Source: a virus (lineage: Duplodnaviria > Caudoviricetes). From it: a DNA stretch of 62,078 nt. The DNA lies in IMG/VR virus record IMGVR_UViG_3300045425_000063, positions 1 to 62,078 of that record; one strand, written 5' to 3'. The position numbers and the translations under genes were made by a program. The notes under the pieces were generated by a model, which worked only from the letters and a program-made list of their open reading frames with translations, did no database searches and was not told where the DNA came from. This document shows, in pieces, positions 15,933-25,897 of this stretch (positions are counted from its first letter, which is position 1; every line of letters begins with the position of its first letter).

Positions 15933-16212
15933 TGAAGAAATCCTCCAGAGCATCATCTAACATTTGTTTGGCATCTATTTGCTTCTTTGATTCTCTCATC
16001 TTCTTGGTATCAAAGGTAAGTGTAGGTGTAATATCTCCATTTTCTTCTACCTTAACCTTTGTGCCAAATATAGTTCCTTCTGGTTGAACTTCTACTGAGT
16101 TATGAGAATTTAATTTAATTTCACCAATATCTGACTCCACCTTTAGATATCCTGCCTTTGCAACAATATCTACATTATCTTCTGGTTCTTTTGGTGCGTT
16201 TTCTATAGACAT
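15919..16212 (-). CDS. hypothetical protein
   Basis: ORF track; ATAAATA late motif upstream. Confidence 0.65.
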   Translation of the reverse strand: MSIENAPKEPEDNVDIVAKAGYLKVESDIGEIKLNSHNSVEVQPEGTIFGTKVKVEENGDITPTLTFDTKKMRESKKQIDAKQMLDDALEDFFNEQV

Positions 16213-16263
16213 AAAAAAGGAGGGTTATGAGTTCCCTCCTATATTTATTCAATTTTATGAAAT

Positions 16264-16908
16264 TTAGACTTCAGTAAGAACCATCTTATTAGCATAACCA
16301 TAAGCAAAGTCAGTTCTTGCCCCATGATGTCCCCAACGTATCCATTTACTCGCAAGTCGCATATAATCAGTAATGGATTTACCGGGAGTTTTCATTTGAT
16401 TCTCAATCATCTTCCAATCACCCTCATGCAGCATGTAGTCAAGTTGTGTATTCAGTGATGAAGGATTGCCACCAGTACGGGCAGCATGTCTTCCTAGTCC
16501 ATTATATCTTGAGGCATTAGTCCATTGAATCAATCCATAACCACCACTTGTACAAGCACTATAAGACACTCTAGCACCACCCTCACACACATTAGGAGTG
16601 AAGGTAGACTCTTGTCGGATATTGCCCATAATGGTTGCTATGGCGTTTTTGTCAGTAATTCCACGATTCTGTAAAAATTCTACAGTCTTCGTTTCATTAG
16701 TATTACATCCTTTACAAACTAATCGTTTTACCTTAGGTTTTTCGGGAACAACCTCTTTGGTCTCTGTCTCTTGTGTATGACCTTCAGGAACAATTGAAAA
16801 TGGTTGTACTGCTGAAGATGTTGCCATACTCGGTGCTGGCAGTGTTGCCGCTGATGTTGCAACCGCACCCAAAATTGCTACGGTTACATTTGTTAGGTTT
16901 TTAAGCAT
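16264..16908 (-). CDS. secreted phage-tail-lysozyme-like muralytic enzyme
   Basis: Signal peptide; AIATIMGNIRQES and GYGLIQWT motifs. Confidence 0.75.
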   Translation of the reverse strand: MLKNLTNVTVAILGAVATSAATLPAPSMATSSAVQPFSIVPEGHTQETETKEVVPEKPKVKRLVCKGCNTNETKTVEFLQNRGITDKNAIATIMGNIRQESTFTPNVCEGGARVSYSACTSGGYGLIQWTNASRYNGLGRHAARTGGNPSSLNTQLDYMLHEGDWKMIENQMKTPGKSITDYMRLASKWIRWGHHGARTDFAYGYANKMVLTEV

Positions 16909-16914
16909 TTAGTT

Positions 16915-17036
16915 TAATAGAATTCGGCATCCGTATAGAAGAGGGGTATACCACCTCTCTCGAAGGGCATCTTCCACGGCTCTAGGTGTCACGTCACAGA
17001 CTCATTATGACAAAACCCACCTTTTGAGTGGGTTCC
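16915..17036 (-). ncRNA. candidate structured 5' leader
   Basis: ~125-nt UTR with nested stems and a GAGA tetraloop, downstream of TTGACA-17nt-TATAAT (17042-17070). Confidence 0.45.
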
Positions 17037-17066
17037 TTTGAATTATATAAGGTTATTTAGGTTCTG

Positions 17067-17423
17067 TCAAGAGTTCGGTTTCCTCACATCCACTTCTTGC
17101 TCATCAGTCCACTCATTATCTTCTAGACAAAGATAATCCAGTTCTTCAGTACCTTCTGGAATATTAATCCATTCATCAAACTCGGCAAGAAGTGCTTTTG
17201 CATTCTTATGGCGATCTGCTTCGTGAAGAAGTTCAATCTTTTTTACGGCCCAGTCACGCACATCAGACACATAAGAGTTTTCAATGGTTGATTCCAAGAT
17301 TTCTTCGTCCTCAATAATTTGGTTTTCAGATTCTTTGCGGACCTGAGGTTTTTCATAGTCTACTGAGGATTCTTCTTTTGTCAAGTAGTTGTAGAGTTTT
17401 GATAATGCTCTAAAAATTTTCAT
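17067..17423 (-). CDS. hypothetical acidic protein
   Basis: ORF track. Confidence 0.65.
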   Translation of the reverse strand: MKIFRALSKLYNYLTKEESSVDYEKPQVRKESENQIIEDEEILESTIENSYVSDVRDWAVKKIELLHEADRHKNAKALLAEFDEWINIPEGTEELDYLCLEDNEWTDEQEVDVRKPNS

Positions 17424-17498
17424 AAGAATTTTAAACTATATATCCAGCATACCACAAAAACTCACAGCATACATAGTACTATTAGTAATACTTATAGA

Positions 17499-17924
17499 AT
17501 GACTTGGAAGTATAATAATATAGATTTTGTAGAAGTTCCTAAAGGTATGGAAGGGTTTGTATATCTAATTACAAATCTAGTAAACGATAAGAAATATATT
17601 GGTAAAAAACACTTCTGGACTCGTCAAAAAGATCGTAAGACCGGTAGAAGAAAAACTAAAGAAAGTGAATGGCAAAAATATTACGGATCTTGTGATGAAT
17701 TAATCTCAGATGTAAAAGTATTGGGAGAAGATAAGTTCTTAAGAGAAATCTTGTACTTATGTCCTCATAAGAAATCTATGAGTTTTTATGAGACTATGGA
17801 ACAATTTAAAAGAGATGTAATCTTAAGAGAAGATTATTACAATACAAATGTAGAGGGTAAATTCTTTAGTAGCGAAGTTCAGAATCTTTATAGTATTGTT
17901 GAAAACAGTTTATTAATAGAATAA
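17499..17924 (+). CDS. GIY-YIG (Seg-like) endonuclease
   Basis: GFVYLITN...KKYIGKK, YYGS and YYN motifs. Confidence 0.75.
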   Translation: MTWKYNNIDFVEVPKGMEGFVYLITNLVNDKKYIGKKHFWTRQKDRKTGRRKTKESEWQKYYGSCDELISDVKVLGEDKFLREILYLCPHKKSMSFYETMEQFKRDVILREDYYNTNVEGKFFSSEVQNLYSIVENSLLIE

Positions 17925-17950
17925 AAAAGAGGGTCTTGAGGACCCTCTTT
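17923..17950. terminator. bidirectional terminator
   Basis: AAAGAGGGTC-ttgag-GACCCTCTTT between convergent genes. Confidence 0.75.
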
Positions 17951-17965
17951 GAATAATTATTTAAT

Positions 17966-19069
17966 TCATCTATTTCTTTGTCTTTCAATATAAGCGTCTA
18001 GTTCTGCTTTTTTTTGCTCAGGAGTTTTCTTTTTTTGATTCTCATCATATGCTTTAACGGCATCTAAATGTGCTTGGTCTGGTTTTCCTTTTGGATTAGT
18101 ATACACATTCATTGGTCCAGAAGCAGGACGACCTCTTGGATCCAGTTTTACCTCAAGAATCTCCTCTCTCCACTCTTCACTCATATTTGCCATAATGACA
18201 GTTGCTGCTTCTTCAGTATCAGCAAAACCTTCATCAAGAAGGTGTTCAAGAACTAAATCATAGAGGTCTACATCTTCACCTAATCTACGAGCAACATTTC
18301 TAGCACCTCTTGAGACCGCTCTTGCTGCCCCACCAAGAAGACCTTTAGCACCTTTCTTTGCTGCTGATCCTGCATCTCTCAGTCTCCCCTGAGCAGCATC
18401 ACTAGATGATTTAACTGCTCCTGCTGCCCTCTCTCCAGCAGATCTTACTTTTTCAGCACCTCTGCCAAGTTTTGCTTGGGCGCGGGATGCCAAATCTTTT
18501 ACTACTGCACCACGAAGTGCTCTACGCTTTGCTGGGTCTTTTGATCTTGCAGAAAGACCAGGACCAGGACCACCAATCCCCCTGTTTGATGCATATCTTG
18601 CAGCGGGAGCATCAACTGCTTTAAACTTTGCTTCCTTTGCTCCAGATTTAATATCACCAGCAGTTTTCTTTACTGTGGACTTAACATCACTTGCTACTTT
18701 TTTGACGGTGCCCTTAATTTTATCAATATTCGCTGCTATTTTCTCTTTCCTTACTACAGAAGCACCTCTAGATCTTGCCCCTTTAGCGGATTTTTCAGAT
18801 TCTTCTGCATCCCTTTTTCTCTGTGCGATACGAGAAGCCATATCCACTCTTGCTTCTGAAAAAACTTCTTCAAAGATTTCTTCCACTTCATCAATATCGT
18901 ATCCTTCGTCAAGCATACTATAAATAGACTCTTCTACGATTTCCTCTAACTCGTCATCATATAGTTCTTCAATACTCTCAAGAAGAATTGTTTCCTCAGT
19001 GAGAAGTTCTTCTCTAAGGTCTTCATTATAAACAGCAGCGTATGCTTCGTAAATGTTGAAAGAAGTCAT
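17966..19069 (-). CDS. late protein with alternating acidic and basic blocks (probable head-internal protein)
   Basis: LLDEGFADTEEAATVIMANMSEEW motif; ATAAATA upstream. Confidence 0.6.
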   Translation of the reverse strand: MTSFNIYEAYAAVYNEDLREELLTEETILLESIEELYDDELEEIVEESIYSMLDEGYDIDEVEEIFEEVFSEARVDMASRIAQRKRDAEESEKSAKGARSRGASVVRKEKIAANIDKIKGTVKKVASDVKSTVKKTAGDIKSGAKEAKFKAVDAPAARYASNRGIGGPGPGLSARSKDPAKRRALRGAVVKDLASRAQAKLGRGAEKVRSAGERAAGAVKSSSDAAQGRLRDAGSAAKKGAKGLLGGAARAVSRGARNVARRLGEDVDLYDLVLEHLLDEGFADTEEAATVIMANMSEEWREEILEVKLDPRGRPASGPMNVYTNPKGKPDQAHLDAVKAYDENQKKKTPEQKKAELDAYIERQRNR

Positions 19070-19136
19070 GTTAATTCTTAAAGTCTTACAATTTATATTT
19101 ATTTATAAAAAAAGGGAGTTAGAAACTCCCAGAGTA

Positions 19137-20312
19137 TTAAAGTTTAAATCCACTAAATGTATCAGTCTTAACATCTTGCTTAATTCCACCAACCATATAA
19201 GATTCAACTTCCGTTTCTTGTGGTGCAACTTGAAGACCTTTAGAGGAAATCCAATGTTGTGTCCAAGGAAGTGGATTGTTATTTGCGGCAATATCATAAA
19301 CTGGTTTAAGACCAATTCCTTTCATACGACGATTTGCAATCCACTCAACATACTGTTGAAGAAGTTTATCATTAAGACCGATCATAGAACCATCTTTAAA
19401 TAGATAATCTGCCCACTTCTTTTCTTCATTTACTGCACGATCAAACATTGCATAAACCCACTCTTCTTCTTCTTTTGCGATCTGTTGCATTTCAGGATCA
19501 TCACCTTCTTTCCATTTGTTTAGAATGTTTTGAGTAAGTGCTAGGTGTTGATTTTCGTCTCTTGCGATGAGTGATATGATTTTCGCAGATCCTTCCATAA
19601 GTTTGAGTTCACCAAAGGCGAAACTGCAAGCAAAACTAACGTAGAAGCGAATACCTTCAAGAATATTAACGTTTGCGACTGCTCTATAGAGTTTTCGTTT
19701 GACATCATTGAGATTTTCCTTTGCGTAAGTGACTCCCTCAAGTCTGTGCTTCCAGGATTCGGAAGCACCATAACCTTGTGCTGAATTAATGAAGTCATTA
19801 TAAGACTCTGTAACGCTCTCAGCGCGTTCTAGGATACGCTCATCGTGAATAATAGTATCAAAGATCTCAGAAGGATCTGAATAGATATTTTTAATGATAT
19901 AGGTATATGAACGACTATGGATCATTTCCATAAATTCCCATACAGTCATACATGCTTCCAGTTCAGGAAGAGAACAATATGGTAGAAATGCCATACCTGG
20001 ACCACGACCCTGAATAGAGTCAAGCATAATTTGATACTTCAAATTAGAAGTATAAATGTGCTTTTGTTCTGGACGTAGAGTTTGATAGTCACCACGATCT
20101 TTCTGCAGAGATACCTCTTCAGGTCTCCAGAAATATCCAAGTTGTTGGGTAGTTAGTTTATCAAAAACAGGGTACTTATATGAGTCATATCTTTGAACTC
20201 CAAGAGGAGCACCGAAGAACATTGGTTGCTTTTTGGTATTTACTTCTTCCGTATTAAAAACGGTCATTCCTTTAATTTTTAGTTCTTCGGGTGACATAAA
20301 ATTGTACTGCAT
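19137..20312 (-). CDS. nrdB: ribonucleotide reductase class Ia beta subunit
   Basis: FWRPEEV, EMIHSRSY, LEGIRFYVSF, RDENQH, VAPQETE. Confidence 0.97.
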   Translation of the reverse strand: MQYNFMSPEELKIKGMTVFNTEEVNTKKQPMFFGAPLGVQRYDSYKYPVFDKLTTQQLGYFWRPEEVSLQKDRGDYQTLRPEQKHIYTSNLKYQIMLDSIQGRGPGMAFLPYCSLPELEACMTVWEFMEMIHSRSYTYIIKNIYSDPSEIFDTIIHDERILERAESVTESYNDFINSAQGYGASESWKHRLEGVTYAKENLNDVKRKLYRAVANVNILEGIRFYVSFACSFAFGELKLMEGSAKIISLIARDENQHLALTQNILNKWKEGDDPEMQQIAKEEEEWVYAMFDRAVNEEKKWADYLFKDGSMIGLNDKLLQQYVEWIANRRMKGIGLKPVYDIAANNNPLPWTQHWISSKGLQVAPQETEVESYMVGGIKQDVKTDTFSGFKL

Positions 20313-20380
20313 ACTTTCTCTTTGATTAATTTGAACTCAACTCACCCTAACATATTTAAGGTTTTTAATTGTTATGAAAC

Positions 20381-22684
20381 TTAGATCGTACAACTTTCAC
20401 ACGCTTCTTCATCAGAACTCATAATATCATTTAGGAGAGATTGAAGTTCTGGTTTTTGTTCTTCAACTACCTCATCAGTCTTAATATCATAAGTGTTTTG
20501 ATAGTAAGCAGTCTTATGCCCCAACTTAAAACAAGTAAGCATATCCTGTGCCATTACGCTAACAGGAACTTCATTATCGGCATAATTTTCTGGGTTATAC
20601 GACCAGTTTCCAGAAATTGCTTGATCAAAGAACTTTTGCATAACAGCAACAACATTAATATAACCCCGATTGCTAGGCATATCCCAAAGAAGCGTATAAT
20701 TGTTCTTAAGTGACTGATATTGAGGGACAATCTGCTTGAGTGGACCTTTTTTAGACTTTTTAATGGACAAGTATCCACGAGGTGGTTCGATTCCATTGGT
20801 TGCGTTTGACACAACGGAACTGCTCTCCGAAGGCATCTGTGCGGACAATGTTGAGTGCCTGAGACCGTGTTCCAGGATAGATGCTCTAAGACTTTCCCAA
20901 TCATGTTGAAGCGGTGTGGATGAAATTTCGTCTACGTCTTTTTTATATGTATCAATAGGAAGAATACCATCAGCATACTTAGTACGTCCAAAGTATTCAC
21001 AGTGACCTTTCTCTTTGGCAATCTGATTTGATGCCTTAAGAAGGTAATACTGGAAGGACTCAGAAAGACCGTGAACGGCATCCCACGCCCCATGTGAGTC
21101 GTAGTTGAACCCAAGTTTAGCAAGGTAATGAGCAAGACCAATATAACCTATTCCAAGAGATCTACGGCGCTTGGTAAAGTTCTCTGCTGCCTTTACTGGG
21201 TAATTTTGATAATCAATAATTTCTTCCAGAGAACGTACAGAAAGATTACAAAGTTCTTCAAGTTCCTCATCAGATTTAACTTTACCTACGTTGATTGCTG
21301 ATAAAATGCAAGTAGCAATCTCTTGAGGACCATCATCATCAATATGTTGAATTGGTGTTGTCGGTTCTGTAATTTCTTGACAAAGGTTTGACATTGTAAT
21401 CTGGTCCTTATAAGAACTATGAGAATTACAATGATCAATATTCATGATGTAGATGCGACCCGTTTCAGCACGTTCTTTGAGAAGACTAAGAATAAGTTCT
21501 TGTGCTTTAACAGTTTTTGATGGAATGGACGAATTGTTTTCATATTCCACATACAAATCATCAAACTTGTCTGTTCCAAAAGAATCATAAAGTCCAGGGA
21601 CATCATGCGGAGAGAACAGTGTGATCTCTCCATCTTGAATAAACCTTTCATAGAAAATTTTACTAAGTTGAATTGAGTAATCAAGTTTGCGGACACGATT
21701 ATCTTCGGTTCCTTTGTTGTTTTTAAGTACTAAGATATCTTGGATTTCTTGGTGCCAGATTGGAAAATGGACTGTAGCTGATCCACCACGGATTCCATTT
21801 TGGGTGCAGCATCGTACAGTTGATTCAAACTTTTTAAGGAAAGGAACAACGCCAGTGTGCTGAACTTCTCCGCCTCTGATTTTAGAATTGATGCCCCGGA
21901 TGCGACCTGCGTTGATACCAATTCCTGCTCTTTGAGAAACATACCTACCAATTGCCATATCACTACTGAAGATACTGTCAAGGGTGTCATCAACATCAAC
22001 AAGAACACAAGATGCAAATTGACGAAGTGGGGTTCTAACACCTGCCATGATTGGTGTAGGAATGTTGATTTTGTGCTTTGAGATTGCGTCATAGTACCTC
22101 TTGACGTAGGACATTCTGGTTTCTTTTGAATACTCTGCAAAGATAGTCAGAGCAATCATCATATACATAAATTGCGGAGTTTCATATACTCCACCACCAC
22201 TACGATCTTGAACCAAATACTTATCGACTACTTGACGTAAACCCGCATAGGTGAACAAATAATCTCGGTCATGATCAATATAAGAATCCGCACGGTGGAT
22301 CTCTTCTTTCGAATATTTGTTAAAAATATCCTTATCATATACCTCATGATTAACACACTGATAAATGTGTTGCTCTAAAGGTGGGAGTTCCTTCATCTTC
22401 CCATAAAGTTGTTTACGGACAGAAAATAATAGAAGACGAGCAGCAACAAATTGATAATTAGGATGATCTAAATCAATAAGATCACTTGCACTACGAATAA
22501 GGATTTCTTGTATTTCTTGAGTGGATATTCCACTATAGAATTGAATACCAGAGGTCATTTCAACTTGACTTGCAGAGACTCCTGCAAGACCCTTACATGC
22601 CTCTTCAACCATCAAGTGCATCTTATCTAGGTCAAGAGATTCAATTAGACCATTTCTCTTGACTACTTTTGTTCCGTTGCTCAT
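20381..22684 (-). CDS. nrdA: ribonucleotide reductase class Ia alpha subunit
   Basis: ATP cone, PTPIMAG, SNLCQEI, MPSESSS, C-terminal CESC. Confidence 0.97.
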   Translation of the reverse strand: MSNGTKVVKRNGLIESLDLDKMHLMVEEACKGLAGVSASQVEMTSGIQFYSGISTQEIQEILIRSASDLIDLDHPNYQFVAARLLLFSVRKQLYGKMKELPPLEQHIYQCVNHEVYDKDIFNKYSKEEIHRADSYIDHDRDYLFTYAGLRQVVDKYLVQDRSGGGVYETPQFMYMMIALTIFAEYSKETRMSYVKRYYDAISKHKINIPTPIMAGVRTPLRQFASCVLVDVDDTLDSIFSSDMAIGRYVSQRAGIGINAGRIRGINSKIRGGEVQHTGVVPFLKKFESTVRCCTQNGIRGGSATVHFPIWHQEIQDILVLKNNKGTEDNRVRKLDYSIQLSKIFYERFIQDGEITLFSPHDVPGLYDSFGTDKFDDLYVEYENNSSIPSKTVKAQELILSLLKERAETGRIYIMNIDHCNSHSSYKDQITMSNLCQEITEPTTPIQHIDDDGPQEIATCILSAINVGKVKSDEELEELCNLSVRSLEEIIDYQNYPVKAAENFTKRRRSLGIGYIGLAHYLAKLGFNYDSHGAWDAVHGLSESFQYYLLKASNQIAKEKGHCEYFGRTKYADGILPIDTYKKDVDEISSTPLQHDWESLRASILEHGLRHSTLSAQMPSESSSVVSNATNGIEPPRGYLSIKKSKKGPLKQIVPQYQSLKNNYTLLWDMPSNRGYINVVAVMQKFFDQAISGNWSYNPENYADNEVPVSVMAQDMLTCFKLGHKTAYYQNTYDIKTDEVVEEQKPELQSLLNDIMSSDEEACESCTI

Positions 22685-23649
22685 ATTTTCTTCCAGGTAG
22701 TAAATTTAAGTTTTGCTTCTAAACCAGAGTAAGTGTTTGATTCTATCACAGACTGAACATTAAGTCCAGATAATACCATCTCATTAATATCCTTTTCTTT
22801 AATAGTTTCAGGCCAAATTACGACACGTTCTTTATTATCAATACATTTTGAAATTCGCTTATGGATTTCTGCATTACGAGGTTCGTTATCGTATACCCAA
22901 ACACGATTGCGAATATTCCACTTATCAAGATCACCATCAGCTCCACATAAAGCAATTGAATTGCAAATAAATGTGGAGTCAAATGGACCTTCCACGATGT
23001 AGACAGTTTTGTCTTTTTGAACTTCATCAAGACCGTAGATTTTTGGTGCATCATCATCTAACATAATAGTAATATATTTAATAGACTTAGAATTTAACGA
23101 TCTTCCTTGAAGTCCTACAAATTTATTATTATAAATTAGTGGAATTACTATTCTTGGTTCTTCGTACTTTAAATTTGAAAATGTGTGTTGTATTGAGTTA
23201 ACCCATGATTTAAATTTTTCACTGTAATAAAATTTATTAGGGTTTAATTTTCTACTTTCCAAATACTTTTTTACTTCTTCATTTTCTGTGGCTTTTGGAA
23301 GATTTAATTTAATTTGAAACTTTGGTTTCTCAAAGTTAAACTTTGGTTCTTCAACTACAAAATTTTTTCCAGTAGTTCCAGTTTTAAATTTCTCGACAGA
23401 AAATTCCCGATATAAAATTGGGTCAATTTGTTTTAAAAAATTATTAAAAGATACGTTTACGCCACAATTATGACACTTAAAATTAGTGTTATTTTTTACA
23501 TCATAAAAATATCCTCTTGCTTTTGATTTATTTTTTTGAGAGTCTCCACAAATAGGACAACGACAGTTATAAAGTCCAGGTTTGATCTTTTTAAATTTTT
23601 CTAAACGAAGAGATAAAAGATTGATAAACTTATCATCAATCAAATTCAT
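22681..23649 (-). CDS. g61: DNA primase (gp61)
   Basis: CPICGDS...CHNC Zn finger; EGPFDS and DNEPRN TOPRIM motifs. Confidence 0.93.
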   Translation of the reverse strand: MNLIDDKFINLLSLRLEKFKKIKPGLYNCRCPICGDSQKNKSKARGYFYDVKNNTNFKCHNCGVNVSFNNFLKQIDPILYREFSVEKFKTGTTGKNFVVEEPKFNFEKPKFQIKLNLPKATENEEVKKYLESRKLNPNKFYYSEKFKSWVNSIQHTFSNLKYEEPRIVIPLIYNNKFVGLQGRSLNSKSIKYITIMLDDDAPKIYGLDEVQKDKTVYIVEGPFDSTFICNSIALCGADGDLDKWNIRNRVWVYDNEPRNAEIHKRISKCIDNKERVVIWPETIKEKDINEMVLSGLNVQSVIESNTYSGLEAKLKFTTWKKI

Positions 23650-23651
23650 AA

Positions 23652-24038
23652 TTAGTTCTTAACATTCTCCTGTATTATAACAGGTGCTGGTGCTGGAGTC
23701 AAGAATCTTTCAACAAGAGAAGAATGATTGATAACAAATGAAAGGGCAGCAACCACCCCCACTCCAACCCAAATACGCTTTTCTATTTCTTGTATTCTAG
23801 ACAATACTTTGTTATGATCGCCGTCCATTTTATCACGGAGTTTGTCAATCTTTGCAAATAATATTTCGTCAGTAGTTTCCTGTTTTGCAATTTTTTGCTC
23901 ATGGACGGCAAGCATTTTTCCTACGTTAATGTTTACTTCGCTTAACTTTTCAATAGCATCATCAATTTTTAAAACTATATCTTTAAGATCTACCAATTTT
24001 TGTTCTAACACGGCAATCTTTACGGATTCTTCGGACAT
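23652..24038 (-). CDS. hypothetical coiled-coil protein with C-terminal TM
   Basis: MLAVHEQK motif; WVGVGVVAALSFVI. Confidence 0.7.
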   Translation of the reverse strand: MSEESVKIAVLEQKLVDLKDIVLKIDDAIEKLSEVNINVGKMLAVHEQKIAKQETTDEILFAKIDKLRDKMDGDHNKVLSRIQEIEKRIWVGVGVVAALSFVINHSSLVERFLTPAPAPVIIQENVKN

Positions 24039-24110
24039 AACATCGCTTTGGGTAAGTGTTTAGTATCTTGTAACTCACCTTAGCATAGAATAAACTTCTA
24101 TTAATTATAT

Positions 24111-24341
24111 TTATCTTTCAAGTAATCCCAAAGATTTCATCCAATTTTTATATTTTTTTGCTACAGATCTACCGTCAATTTTCCCACATCTTCTTTTTCT
24201 AAATCCAATTACAGGATCAAATCCTGCAGTTGGACCTGGAGGAGAAGAAGATCCACTAAATCCTCCATTTCCAGAAGACATTGTTGGTGCTTCCTCTTTA
24301 AGATTTCTAAAATATTGTATAACCTTATCAATCTTATTCAT
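24111..24341 (-). CDS. hypothetical protein
   Basis: EEAPTMS...AGFDPV. Confidence 0.65.
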   Translation of the reverse strand: MNKIDKVIQYFRNLKEEAPTMSSGNGGFSGSSSPPGPTAGFDPVIGFRKRRCGKIDGRSVAKKYKNWMKSLGLLER

Positions 24342-24720
24342 CTTTAATGTAAATTTTTTGAAGTTGTTCTAGACAATTTAAATCTACTTGAATATCATGA
24401 ATGTTAGTTTTTGGATATTGTGGAAGACGATTTAAAAACAATATAAAAGTTTTTACTTGAGACCACATTTCTCTTTCCAATTTAAAAAATAACATAGGAG
24501 TAGTTGCCTCACCAAATATATTATATAAAACAATAAAGTGATTAATTAACAGGTGAGTTTTAAGTTCACCTGTTTTTTTATATCTTTTTAAAAGTCTCTT
24601 AATATATTTGAAATGATTTAAGTCTTTATCAAAATCTTCTTTAGCGACTGCTTGAGGATTTTCATAATTCTTAATGGCAAATAAGAGGAAATTATCCTCA
24701 TTCAGTTCATGGAAGATCAT
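24334..24720 (-). CDS. conserved T4-like phage hypothetical protein
   Basis: ELNEDNFLLFAIKNYENP...FKYIKRL...NHFIVLYNIFG. Confidence 0.75.
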   Translation of the reverse strand: MIFHELNEDNFLLFAIKNYENPQAVAKEDFDKDLNHFKYIKRLLKRYKKTGELKTHLLINHFIVLYNIFGEATTPMLFFKLEREMWSQVKTFILFLNRLPQYPKTNIHDIQVDLNCLEQLQKIYIKDE

Positions 24721-24729
24721 ATTTTATTG

Positions 24730-25578
24730 TCAAGAAACTGTCATAGTTGCAATACCAGAAGTCACTGTGACATCTCCGGAAGAAATAATTACACGATACT
24801 CATACTGATCCTTAGCGGTGTTAGTATTTGCAATACCAACAGAAGTGCCAGTTGCTCCAACAAGGTTATCAAATCCGCCGCCATCATCTTCTTGCCACTG
24901 ATATGTTACAGGAGCATAAGAAGGTACTACAGAAGCAACTACACTGAAGGTTGCTGTCGCAGTAGTTCCAACTCCAACTGAAGCAGGTTGTGAGTTGATA
25001 GTAATAATAGCATCAACAAACACGACATCATCATTAGCATCTCCAGGAGCACCATAAGTTGCATTAGTTCCGCTAGTGATCTCGGACATTGCTACAAGAG
25101 TTTCCGACTTAACTCTTAGATTGCCGTGCATATCAATATAAGTGTGAATACCGACCCAACCAGCATGAATACCGCCATATTGAGTTGAAATTCCAGAAGC
25201 GCCGGGTGTTAATAATGCAATTTCATATTTGTCAACACCATAAACGGTATTTGTCAATCCAGACGAAGTAGTTTGAATACCTGCATAGTTTGAATCTTCA
25301 AGAGTATATACTGGTTTCTCAGAAAGTGTATAAGCAACCCCAGCAATAACTGCTCCACTTAAATATTGAGTTTTTGCAATTGAAACAACAGTATCAGAAG
25401 TAATTCCTGAAATTACTGCTGAACCAAAAGTTCCACCTGCTCCAATCGTAATCACATCACCAGTAGAAATACCGGCAGCAGTGAACGAAGTCCCAGATCC
25501 AGTAATAGTTTTTGTGGTGTAATTTACTGTTACGGTTCCTACCGAATAAAGACTATCTGCAGTTCCCCAGAGTGCCAT
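24730..25578 (-). CDS. virion structural protein with C-terminal Ig-like domain
   Basis: MALWG start, HAGWV...RVKSETLVAM, QP...TYQWQ...YEYRVII; late motif upstream. Confidence 0.7.
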   Translation of the reverse strand: MALWGTADSLYSVGTVTVNYTTKTITGSGTSFTAAGISTGDVITIGAGGTFGSAVISGITSDTVVSIAKTQYLSGAVIAGVAYTLSEKPVYTLEDSNYAGIQTTSSGLTNTVYGVDKYEIALLTPGASGISTQYGGIHAGWVGIHTYIDMHGNLRVKSETLVAMSEITSGTNATYGAPGDANDDVVFVDAIITINSQPASVGVGTTATATFSVVASVVPSYAPVTYQWQEDDGGGFDNLVGATGTSVGIANTNTAKDQYEYRVIISSGDVTVTSGIATMTVS

Positions 25579-25673
25579 TCTTTTTACCTTTACTAATTTT
25601 TTTTGCTATGAGTATTTATAAAAAATGAGGAGTTTAAATTCTCCTCATTTTAATAATTTATTTAATTGATATT

Positions 25674-25859
25674 TCAGGGAGTAGGATCTACTGCACCTTT
25701 TTTCTTAAGATGTGTTTGAACTTGAAGAATTACAAAAGAAACAAGTCCATTTGCTTTAAGTTGTGGAATTGAACCAAGTAATTCGGAAACAACTAAAAGA
25801 ATAGTTGCTACTGCTGCTTCATTTGCAACAATCCATGCCCAGATAAGTCCAGTAGTCAT
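25674..25859 (-). CDS. small hydrophobic protein
   Basis: ORF track; GGAGG upstream. Confidence 0.6.
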   Translation of the reverse strand: MTTGLIWAWIVANEAAVATILLVVSELLGSIPQLKANGLVSFVILQVQTHLKKKGAVDPTP

Positions 25860-25897
25860 GATTACCTCCGATGGTGTATTCTTTAATTATTTATGAA

